DNA from: Deltaproteobacteria bacterium
GTDB taxonomy: Bacteria; Myxococcota; Myxococcia; Myxococcales; 40CM-4-68-19
Direction: 5' to 3'
NCBI GenBank assembly: GCA_005888115.1
Contig: VBKO01000341.1
Coordinates: 1-57,415 of the forward strand
DNA: 57,415 bases
Part shown: positions 23,769 to 31,842 of the stretch, in pieces
Layout: every line of letters begins with the position of its first letter
How positions within the stretch are numbered: the first letter of the stretch is position 1
Position numbers and translations under genes: made by a program
The notes under the pieces: generated by a model
What the model was told of the DNA's origin: nothing
Databases searched by the model: none
Seen by the model: the letters and a program-made list of their open reading frames with translations, nothing else

Positions 23769-24617
23769 TCAGCGCGCGGGCGGCGGGAGCGCTTCCTTCG
23801 GTCGCGTCTTCCAGCGACGGTGTACCCAGAACCAGTGATCGGGGTGCTCCCGGACCGCGCGCTCCACGGCGCGAGTCACTTCCTGCGTGAGCGCCTGGAC
23901 TGCCGAGCGGCCACGCGCCCCGGGCGGCGCGGCGAAAGGTCCCTCGACGCGGACGAGGTGCGTGCCGTCGGGGCCGCGCACCGGGAAGGCCGCCAGAAGC
24001 GGCGCGCCGGCGCGCAAGGCCAGCACTGCCGCCGCGGGCGTGGTGCACGCCGGCTCGCCGAAGAAGTCGACGAAGATGCCGCGCGAAGGACGCATGTTCT
24101 GATCGACCACGACCGCAAGCGTCTCGCCGCGCCGGAGCAGCCGCAGCGCCGCGCCGGTGGATCCCTTGTCGGGCAGCTCGCGGAGACCGCCTTCGTGCCG
24201 AGCGGCGAGGATCTGCTGGTTGAGGCGCCCTCGCAGGGCGCGGGTGATCGCGGTGAGAGGCACGCCGCGCCGCGCGCACGCGCGCGCCAGCAACTCCCAG
24301 TTCCCGAAGTGGGCGACCGCCACCACCACGCCATGCCCCTGCGCCCGGGCCGACTCGTACACGTCCCACCCGTCGAAGCGGACCAGGTCCTCGAGATCTT
24401 CGTCGCGCGCGCTCCGGGCGAGCGCAACCTCCGCCAGGCTGCGTCCCAGCTGGCGGTACGCGGCGCGCCCCGTCACCTCCCGCTGCTGCTCGGTGTGCTC
24501 CGGGAACGCGCGACGCAGGCCCTCGAGCGCGACCCGTCGACGCAGGCCCACCGCCCAGGCGGCGCTGCCCAGGGCCTGACCGAGCGCGAGCAAGAACCGC
24601 GCCCAGCGCCCCTTCAC
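23769..24617 (-). CDS. Lipid A biosynthesis late acyltransferase family protein (LpxL/HtrB-like)
   Basis: 282 aa with the HFGNWE acyltransferase motif and PDHWFWVHRRWK at the C-terminus. The GTG start overlaps the lpxK stop. Confidence 0.8.
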   Translation of the reverse strand: MKGRWARFLLALGQALGSAAWAVGLRRRVALEGLRRAFPEHTEQQREVTGRAAYRQLGRSLAEVALARSARDEDLEDLVRFDGWDVYESARAQGHGVVVAVAHFGNWELLARACARRGVPLTAITRALRGRLNQQILAARHEGGLRELPDKGSTGAALRLLRRGETLAVVVDQNMRPSRGIFVDFFGEPACTTPAAAVLALRAGAPLLAAFPVRGPDGTHLVRVEGPFAAPPGARGRSAVQALTQEVTRAVERAVREHPDHWFWVHRRWKTRPKEALPPPAR

Positions 24618-25618
24618 CGCAGCACCTCGTCGAGAGCGGCGTCCAGTGCCTCTTCGCCGGCCAGGATACGCAGGTCGACCGGAAGCGACGCGATGGGCGG
24701 CGGTCCGGTCAGCTGCGCGGGTGCCAGCCGGACCGCGTCTTTCTCCGTCGTGACCAGGACCTCGGCGCCGGCCAGCTCGGCCGCGCGGCGCAATTGCCGC
24801 AGGTCGCGGGACGAGTAGGCATGGTGGTCGCCGAACCAGCGACTGCCGACCACCTTGGCGCCGCAGGCGCGCGCCAGCGCGTCGAAAGACGGAGGACGCG
24901 CCAGGCCCGCGAAGAGGAACGCCGCCTTGCCCTCGAGCGGCCGCGCGTCTCGCGCGGCAAAGGCGCTCTCCACCGGCCCGGAGAGCGGCAGCCGGGGCAG
25001 CTCGGCGGCGCGCGGAAGATCGCATCGCGTGAGCCAGAGCAGTCCGCGCCGTACCCGCCGCAGCGAATCGAGCGGCTCGCGCAGCGGCCCGCGCGGCAGC
25101 AGCCGGCCGTTGCCCAGCGGATTGGAGGCGTCCATCACCACCACGTCGAGGTCCCGCTCCAGCTCGTGGTGCTGCAGCCCGTCGTCGAGGAGCAGCACGT
25201 CCGCGCCGCGCGCAACTGCCTGGGACGCGAGCAGCGCCCGGCGGGGGCCGACCAGCACGCGGAGGCGCGGGCAGCGGCGCTTGAGCAGGAGCGGCTCGTC
25301 TCCGGCGAGGTCGCAGGGCATCCGCTCCGACACCTCGACGGGGTGCCTGGCGCGCCGCCCATAGCCGCGGCTGAGCAGCGCGGGCTGCTTGCCGCGGCGC
25401 AGGAGCCGCTCGGCCAGCTCGAGCGCGACCGGCGTCTTGCCCGCGCCTCCCACCACCAGGTTCCCCACGGAGATGACCGGCGCCCCGGCCTTCACGGGGC
25501 GGACGCTCCCGCGCGCGAGGACCGAGGCGGCGCGGTACGCGAGCGAGGCGAAGGAGAGCGGCCACAACGCGAGCTCCGCCCAGCCGGGCTCGTCCCGGCG
25601 CCACCAGAAGCCGGTCAC
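24614..25618 (-). CDS. lpxK: Tetraacyldisaccharide 4'-kinase
   Basis: 334 aa: VISVGNLVVGGAGKTP, LLSRGYG, LLDDGLQH. Confidence 0.93.
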   Translation of the reverse strand: MTGFWWRRDEPGWAELALWPLSFASLAYRAASVLARGSVRPVKAGAPVISVGNLVVGGAGKTPVALELAERLLRRGKQPALLSRGYGRRARHPVEVSERMPCDLAGDEPLLLKRRCPRLRVLVGPRRALLASQAVARGADVLLLDDGLQHHELERDLDVVVMDASNPLGNGRLLPRGPLREPLDSLRRVRRGLLWLTRCDLPRAAELPRLPLSGPVESAFAARDARPLEGKAAFLFAGLARPPSFDALARACGAKVVGSRWFGDHHAYSSRDLRQLRRAAELAGAEVLVTTEKDAVRLAPAQLTGPPPIASLPVDLRILAGEEALDAALDEVLR

Positions 25619-26892
25619 GCCACCGCCTCGGGGATCAGATCGGCGATCAGGCGCGCATCGCGGGCGCTCGCTCCGCGGACCGCGGACACCGCGTCGCGCG
25701 CGAGCTGGCCCAGGGTGCGGATCTCCTCCGGCCGCCCGAGCAGGTCGCGCAGGATGCGCTGGAGCGCGGCCGGGTCGCGCACCTGCAAGCCGCCGCGCCC
25801 CACCAGCACCTGCACGCTGTCCTGGAAGTTCTCCATGCGGGGACCGAACAGCACCGGCTTGCCGCAAGCCGCGGGCTCGAGGATGTTCTGCCCGCCTCGC
25901 CGGGTGAAGCTGCCCCCCACGAACACGAGGGTGGCGAGCTGGTAGACGCGGACCAGCTCGCCGATGGTGTCCAGCACCACCACTGCTTCGCCGCCGCCGG
26001 GCTCGGAGCGCAGGCGCGAGGGCAAACCGCGCTCGCGCGCGGCGCCCAGCACGCGGCCCGAGCGCTCCACGTATCGCGGCGCGAGCACCAGCCGGAGATC
26101 GGGAAAGTCGCGCCGCAGCGCCGCGTACGCGTCGAGGAGCGGACCCTCCTCGCCTTCGTGGGTGGACCCGCACACCCACAGCCGCTCGCCGCGCAATCCC
26201 AGCGCGGCGCGCAGCTCCTCGTCCTCCGCTTCAGGCACGCTCACCGCCAAGGCGTCGAACTTGGTGTTTCCCGTGACGTGGACCCGGTCGCGCGGCGCCC
26301 CGAGCTGCAGCGCGCGCTCCGCCTCGTCTTCGGCGCGCATCATCAGGACGTCGAATTGCTCGAGCAGATTCCCGGCCAGGGCGAAGAGGAGCCGGTACCG
26401 CCCCAGGTTCTCCGGCGCGATCCGCCCGTTGGTCATCGCCAGCCGGACGCCCGCGCGCGAGGCGGCGCGGATGAGCTGGGGCCAGAGCTCGGTGTACTCG
26501 AGGACGAGCACGTCCGGCCGCAGCGCTGCGATCGCGCGGCGGCACGGCCCCGGCAGGTCGTACGGGAGGAAGGTCACCGCGTCGGCGAGGCCGCTGGCGA
26601 TCAGCCGCTGCTCGGCCATCGAGGCGCCGGAATCGGTGATCGCGGACACCAGCACGCGGGCGTCGGGACGCAGCGCCTTCAGCTCCCGCACGATGGGCAC
26701 CAGGCCGAGGACGTCTCCGGCGGAGGCGCCGTGCAGCCACACGCGGGGGCCGGGGCGGCGCACGATGTCGCCGTCGTAGAGGCCCAGGCGCCGCCGGATC
26801 CCCTGGCGCACGCGGGGATGCAGCAGCAGGAAGGGGAAGAGGACGAGGAAGATCGCCCATTCCAGCGCCGCCGCGAACATCCGCACCCGCAT
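25615..26892 (-). CDS. waaA: 3-deoxy-D-manno-octulosonic acid (Kdo) transferase
   Basis: 425 aa: VWLHGASAGDV, GNTKFD, VFVGGSF...GGQNILEPAACGKPVLFGP. Confidence 0.93.
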   Translation of the reverse strand: MRVRMFAAALEWAIFLVLFPFLLLHPRVRQGIRRRLGLYDGDIVRRPGPRVWLHGASAGDVLGLVPIVRELKALRPDARVLVSAITDSGASMAEQRLIASGLADAVTFLPYDLPGPCRRAIAALRPDVLVLEYTELWPQLIRAASRAGVRLAMTNGRIAPENLGRYRLLFALAGNLLEQFDVLMMRAEDEAERALQLGAPRDRVHVTGNTKFDALAVSVPEAEDEELRAALGLRGERLWVCGSTHEGEEGPLLDAYAALRRDFPDLRLVLAPRYVERSGRVLGAARERGLPSRLRSEPGGGEAVVVLDTIGELVRVYQLATLVFVGGSFTRRGGQNILEPAACGKPVLFGPRMENFQDSVQVLVGRGGLQVRDPAALQRILRDLLGRPEEIRTLGQLARDAVSAVRGASARDARLIADLIPEAVA

Positions 26893-26943
26893 GCCTCCAT
26901 GACGTCCGCGCCGTGAACAGCGTATCGCCGGCCGATCCGGCGG

Positions 26944-27729
26944 CTAGAAACGAACTCCAACCGAGATGCCCGGCTCCACGATCAGCTTGGTAGGCGCCTG
27001 GGGCCCGGCGCGCGTGGCGAGCTCCAGCGCGCAGCCGGGCGCGACCTGGATCGCGCCGAAGTCCATCGCGATCGACGCTCCCAGGCCAGCCGCGAGCACC
27101 GGGGTCCACTGCAGGCGGTTGAGCATCTCCGTTCCGTCGGCCTGGAACGTCTCGTGCCAGGCGCGGATCCAGTATGCGCGCAGGAACGGCGATCCCGTCA
27201 GCGCCAGCTGCGGCGACACGCGATACGTCGCGATCAGCGGCACCTCGACCCCGAACGCGCGGTACTTCCAGAGGTCCGTTTGCGTCCGGCCGTCCTGGCT
27301 CCGCACCAGCTCCTGCTCGACGCCCACGCCCACGAAGCGCGTGCCGATCTCGAACGCCAGGCCTTCGCCCTGCTGCAGATCGTAGAGGCGCAGCCGCGCG
27401 CCCAGGGCGCCCCCCACCAGCGCGGGTGTGAAGGGAGAGATCGGATTGCTCAGCTTCACCTGCGCCTCGAACGCGAGGTGGTAGAGGACCTGCCAGCGGA
27501 TCGAGGCATCGGAGGCGACCCAGGTGAGCACCTCCCACTTGCTCGTCTGGGGAGCGACGGTCCTGTCGGGGACGTCGCTCGGGCCGGCCAGCACGCGCCC
27601 CGCTTCCATCGAGAGGCTCACGTGCACCTGGCCCTTCTGCAGATCTCCGGCCGGCAGGAAGGTGCCGGCGCTCACCACCGGAAGCGCGCAGCCGGCGCTC
27701 AGCGCCAGCAAAGCCAGGAGCGACCTCAC
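26944..27729 (-). CDS. Putative outer-membrane beta-barrel lipoprotein
   Basis: GTG start overlaps the marC stop. It has the lipobox LALSAGC, alternating beta-strand-like pattern, and a terminal ...ISVGVRF with C-terminal Phe. Confidence 0.6.
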   Translation of the reverse strand: MRSLLALLALSAGCALPVVSAGTFLPAGDLQKGQVHVSLSMEAGRVLAGPSDVPDRTVAPQTSKWEVLTWVASDASIRWQVLYHLAFEAQVKLSNPISPFTPALVGGALGARLRLYDLQQGEGLAFEIGTRFVGVGVEQELVRSQDGRTQTDLWKYRAFGVEVPLIATYRVSPQLALTGSPFLRAYWIRAWHETFQADGTEMLNRLQWTPVLAAGLGASIAMDFGAIQVAPGCALELATRAGPQAPTKLIVEPGISVGVRF

Positions 27730-28376
27730 GCGAACAGCCTCGGAAAGGTGTCCTTGAAACCGTCGAAGACGAACTGTACCGCGAGGGCGCCGATGATGAG
27801 GCCGATGACGCGGTTCATGACGTTCAACCCGGTGACGCCGAGGAAACGCGAGATCGGCGTGGCGGCCCGCAGCATCGCATAGCTCGCCGCGCAAGTGATG
27901 GCGATCGAGAGCACCACCGGCACCATGAACAGCGTGCGGCCCGCGCGCCCCATCAGCGCGGTCACGGTGGCGATCGCGCCGGGTCCGGCGAGCAGCGGGA
28001 TGGCGAGCGGGAAGATGGCCACGTCGTCCTTCTCGGCGCCTTCCTGCTCCTCTTCCGGGATGATGCGGGTGCGGACCTGCTGCGCGCGCAGCATCTCGAC
28101 GGAGGTGAGCAGGAGCAGGATGCCGCCGGCGACCTTGAAGGCGCCGAGCGTCACGCCGAGCAGCCGGAAGATGACCGTGCCGGCGATGGCGAAGATGGTG
28201 AGGATGACGAACGCGGTGAGCGCGGCGCGACGCGCCATGCGCCGCCGCTTCTCCTCGGAATCGCCCTGCGTCATGGCGACGAAGATGGGAAGCGCCCCCA
28301 TCGGGTCGACCACGAAGAACACGGCCGAGAGGGAAAGCAGGCTGAACGAGAGCAGCTCGCGCACCCACGAGTGCAT
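27726..28376 (-). CDS. MarC family (UPF0056) integral membrane protein
   Basis: 216 aa, 6 TM-like segments; FFVVDPMGALPIF and AIFPLAIPLLAGPGAI are typical of MarC. Confidence 0.85.
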   Translation of the reverse strand: MHSWVRELLSFSLLSLSAVFFVVDPMGALPIFVAMTQGDSEEKRRRMARRAALTAFVILTIFAIAGTVIFRLLGVTLGAFKVAGGILLLLTSVEMLRAQQVRTRIIPEEEQEGAEKDDVAIFPLAIPLLAGPGAIATVTALMGRAGRTLFMVPVVLSIAITCAASYAMLRAATPISRFLGVTGLNVMNRVIGLIIGALAVQFVFDGFKDTFPRLFA

Positions 28377-28457
28377 GGTGAACGGCTTGTACCATGCCGC
28401 TTTGCAATCTCCCGGCCGCTGCCACACAATTTCGCGGCGGGACGGGAGAGGCAGACG

Positions 28458-30077
28458 ATGAGCGCGCAGCAGCAGGCACCGGCCGCCGCCCGGCCCCGCG
28501 AGGCCGAACCGCTCGCCCCCAGCGAAGACCGGTTCCGCGCGCTGGTGGAGCAGTCGATCGCCGGCATCTACGTCATCCAGGACGGCCGGGTGGTCTACGC
28601 GAACCCGAAGCTCTGCGAGATCCTCGGCTACTCGCCCGAGGACTTCGCCCGCGGCGGTCTTCCCCTCGAGCAGCTCACCTTCGAGCCGGACTGGCCCATG
28701 GTCCGCGAGAACGTCCGCCGGCGCATCGCCGGCGAGGTGCAGAGCATGCACTACAGCTTCCGCGCGCGGCGGAAGGACGGCTCTCCCGTGGACGTGGAGG
28801 TGCACGGCGCGCGGACCGAGCTCGGGGGCAAGCCGGCCATCACCGGCACGCTGCTCGACATCTCCGAGCGCCGCCGCGCCGAGCGCGCCTTGCGGCAGAG
28901 CGAGGAGCGGTACGCCCTGGCGGAGCGTGGCGCGAACGACGGACTCTGGGACTGGGACCTGGCCACGAACCGCGTGTACTTCTCGCCGCGCTGGAAGCAG
29001 ATGCTCGGCCTGCGCGAGGACGAGGCGGGCGGAGAGCCGGAGGCGTGGTTCGGACGGGTGCACCCCGACGATCGCGACCGGCTCTCGGGGGAAGTGGCAC
29101 GTCATCTGTCGGGCGACAGCGCGAACCTGGAGGTGGAGCACCGCATCCGGCACGCGGACGGGACCTGGCGCTGGGTGCTCTTGCGGGGCACCGCGGTGCG
29201 CGATGCGCAGGGAAAGGCGACGCGCATGGCCGGCTCGCAGACCGACGTGACCGAGCGCAAGGAAGCAGAGGAGAAGCTGCTGCACGACGCGCTGACCGGG
29301 CTGCCCAACCGGTCGCTGTTCATGGACCGCTTGAGCCAGGCGATGGCGTTCCAGCAGCGCAAGCCGGAGCTGCGCTTCGCGGTGCTGTTCCTCGACGTGG
29401 ACCGCTTCAAGAACATCAACGAGAGCCTGGGGCACGCGATGGGGGATCGGCTCCTCGTCTCGGTCGGCAAGCGGCTTCTCGAGTGCGTCCGACCCGGCGA
29501 CACGGCGGCGCGCCTGGGCGGCGACGAGTTCGCCCTTCTCCTCGAGGACTACGGCTCTGCGGAGGACCCGGCGCGCTGCGCGGAGCGGATCCAGGCCGAG
29601 CTGGCCTCCGCCCACGATCTGGGCGGCGTGGAGGTATTCGCGACGGCGAGCATCGGCATCGCGGTCGCGGGGCGCGGCTACACCCGGCCCGAAGAGCTGC
29701 TCCGCGACGCCGACACCGCCATGTACCGCGCCAAGGAGCTGGGCCGCGCGCGGCACGCGGTCTTCCATCCGGCGATGCACGCGCATGCGCGCGCGCAACT
29801 GCAGCTGGAGACCGACCTCTACCGGGCGCTCGAACGCAACGAGTTGCGCCTCGCCTTCCAACCCATCGTCTCGCTCTCGACCGGGCTCATCGCGGGCTGC
29901 GAGGCGCTGGTGGAATGGCAGCACCCGAAGCGCGGGCGCACCCCACCCGCCGAGTTCATCCCCGCGGCCGAGGAGACCGGCCTCATCCGCCCCATCGGCG
30001 AATGGGTGCTGCGCGAGTCGTGCAAGGCGGCGCGCGGGTTCGCGGACCGGCTGCCGAGGAGCGCACCCAGAGCGTGA
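28458..30077 (+). CDS. PAS-PAS-GGDEF-EAL signalling protein, reading frame broken inside the EAL domain
   Basis: ATG 28458 with GGGAGAGG upstream. It has two PAS modules, a GGDEF domain (RLGGDEFALLL) and the EAL start (GCEALVEWQHP...IGEWVLRESC), then a premature stop at 30077. Confidence 0.9.
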   Translation: MSAQQQAPAAARPREAEPLAPSEDRFRALVEQSIAGIYVIQDGRVVYANPKLCEILGYSPEDFARGGLPLEQLTFEPDWPMVRENVRRRIAGEVQSMHYSFRARRKDGSPVDVEVHGARTELGGKPAITGTLLDISERRRAERALRQSEERYALAERGANDGLWDWDLATNRVYFSPRWKQMLGLREDEAGGEPEAWFGRVHPDDRDRLSGEVARHLSGDSANLEVEHRIRHADGTWRWVLLRGTAVRDAQGKATRMAGSQTDVTERKEAEEKLLHDALTGLPNRSLFMDRLSQAMAFQQRKPELRFAVLFLDVDRFKNINESLGHAMGDRLLVSVGKRLLECVRPGDTAARLGGDEFALLLEDYGSAEDPARCAERIQAELASAHDLGGVEVFATASIGIAVAGRGYTRPEELLRDADTAMYRAKELGRARHAVFHPAMHAHARAQLQLETDLYRALERNELRLAFQPIVSLSTGLIAGCEALVEWQHPKRGRTPPAEFIPAAEETGLIRPIGEWVLRESCKAARGFADRLPRSAPRA

Positions 30078-30499
30078 TCATGGAGAACGCCGGCCCCGCC
30101 TCGCTGCTCCTCGCGCAGATCAAGGCGCTGGGCGTGCACCTTTTGCTCGACGACTTCGGCACGGGCTACTCGTCGCTCTCGTACCTGCACAACTTCCGCT
30201 TCGACACGCTGAAGCTGGACCGCTCCTTCGTGGCGCGCATCGACAGCTCGGGCAAGCATGCGGAGATCGTGCGCACCATCCTCTCGCTGGCGCGCGCGCT
30301 GGGCATGGACGTCGTCGCCGAGGGCGTGGAGACCCCCGCGCAGGTGGCGCAGCTGCAGCTCCTGCATTGCGACTACGCGCAGGGGTACTACTTCGCGCGG
30401 CCGATGGACGCGGCGCAGCTGGCGGGCCTGCTCGAATCGCGGCGAGCCTGGCCGCTGCCGCTCGCCTCCGCTTCGTCGCTGCTGCACCAGCCCCGCTGA
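30071..30499 (+). pseudogene. C-terminal fragment of the same EAL domain in a different frame
   Basis: SVIMENAGPASLLLAQIKALGVHLLLDDFGTGYSSLSYL...DVVAEGVETPAQ...CDYAQGYYFARP is the conserved distal half of an EAL domain. It has no start context of its own. Confidence 0.7.
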
Positions 30500-30558
30500 T
30501 CGGGTGTCCCGCCACCGGGATCTGCGCGCGGCCGCGGCCGAGAATCCCCAGCGCCTTC

Positions 30559-31842
30559 CTAGCTCCTGACGGTCAACCAGAGCATCGCGACGGTCAGCGC
30601 GATCAGGATTGCGGTGGTGGCCCAGGAGACGACCGACAGCCAGCGGCCGTTGCGGTAGCGGCCCATCAGCCGCTCGTCGCCGGCAAGGAGCAGCATGTAG
30701 ACGAGGATGAATGGCAGGAGGACGCCATTCGCGGTCTGCGAGAGGAGCATGATCTTGAGGAGCGGCAGGCGGGGGAAGAGGACCAACCCGGCGCCGAGCA
30801 CGATCATGGCCGCGTAGAGCGCGTAGAACTGCGGCGCCTCGTCGCGCCTCTTGTCAATCCCGCTCTCCCATCCGAAAGCCTCGCACACGTAATAGGTGGT
30901 GGAGAGCGGGAGGATGCTGGCCGCGAATACCGAGGCGTTGAAGAGTCCGAAGGCGAAGAGCGCGCTGGCGTATCTTCCCGCCAGCGGACGCAGCGCCAGG
31001 GCGGCGTCCTTCGCCGTCTCGATGTGCCCGCCGGCCTTGTGGATGGTGGCGGCGCAGGCCAGCACGATGAAGAACGCAACCACGTCGGTGACGATGCAGC
31101 CGACCACCACGTCGAGGCGCGACAGCGGGTAGTCCTCGATCCTCACACCTTTCTCCACGATGGCGGACTGCAGATAGAACTGCATCCAGGGCGCGATGGT
31201 GGTGCCCACCAGCGTGACCACCATCGTCACCGCCGGTGCGGTGAAGGGGAGCGTGGGGACGAGCGTTCCGCGCGCCACCTCGCCCCAGTCGGGCCTGGCG
31301 AGGAAGCCGGCCACGATGTAAGCGACATAGAACACGCAGGCGGCGAGGAAGATCCGTTCGACCACGCGCGCGGTGCCCTTCACCACCAGCACCCAGACCA
31401 GCGCCGCGACCGCCGGCACGGAGACCCAGCGCGGAACGCCGAAGATCTCCAGCGATCCGGCGACGCCCGCGAACTCCGCCAACGTGTTGCCCAGGTTGGC
31501 GATCACCAGCGCGAGCATGACGAAGAAGGTGGTCTTCACGCCGAAGCGCTCGCGGATCAGGTCCGAGAGGCCCTTCCCGGTGACCACTCCCATCCGCGCG
31601 GTCATCTCCTGCACCAGGATGAGCGCGAAGGTGATGGGGATCAGCGTCCATAGCAGGGTGTAGCCGAAGTCGGCGCCCGCCTGCGAATAGGTGGCGATGC
31701 CGCCGGCATCGTTGTCGACGTTGGCCGTGATGATGCCCGGGCCGACCACCGAGGCGACCAGCGCGACGCGCGCCCAGCCCGAGCGCAGCGGCCGCACGCC
31801 ACCCGAGGGTGTGGCGCGCCCCTCCGCCCTCGATTCAGCCAT
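30559..31842 (-). CDS. NRAMP-family transporter with non-canonical metal-site motifs (NRMT-like)
   Basis: 427 aa, 11-12 TM segments. GPGIITANVDNDAGGIATYSQAGADFGYTLLW replaces the DPGN motif. TTIAPWMQFYLQS replaces the A-x-x-MPH motif. Confidence 0.9.
   Translation of the reverse strand: MAESRAEGRATPSGGVRPLRSGWARVALVASVVGPGIITANVDNDAGGIATYSQAGADFGYTLLWTLIPITFALILVQEMTARMGVVTGKGLSDLIRERFGVKTTFFVMLALVIANLGNTLAEFAGVAGSLEIFGVPRWVSVPAVAALVWVLVVKGTARVVERIFLAACVFYVAYIVAGFLARPDWGEVARGTLVPTLPFTAPAVTMVVTLVGTTIAPWMQFYLQSAIVEKGVRIEDYPLSRLDVVVGCIVTDVVAFFIVLACAATIHKAGGHIETAKDAALALRPLAGRYASALFAFGLFNASVFAASILPLSTTYYVCEAFGWESGIDKRRDEAPQFYALYAAMIVLGAGLVLFPRLPLLKIMLLSQTANGVLLPFILVYMLLLAGDERLMGRYRNGRWLSVVSWATTAILIALTVAMLWLTVRS

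Noticed and set aside
28371-28457. Upstream ATG 28371 as the start of the PAS-GGDEF-EAL gene.
   Set aside because: It would overlap the divergent marC start (28376) head-to-head and adds 29 residues with no homology. ATG 28458 has a proper GGGAGAGG Shine-Dalgarno.
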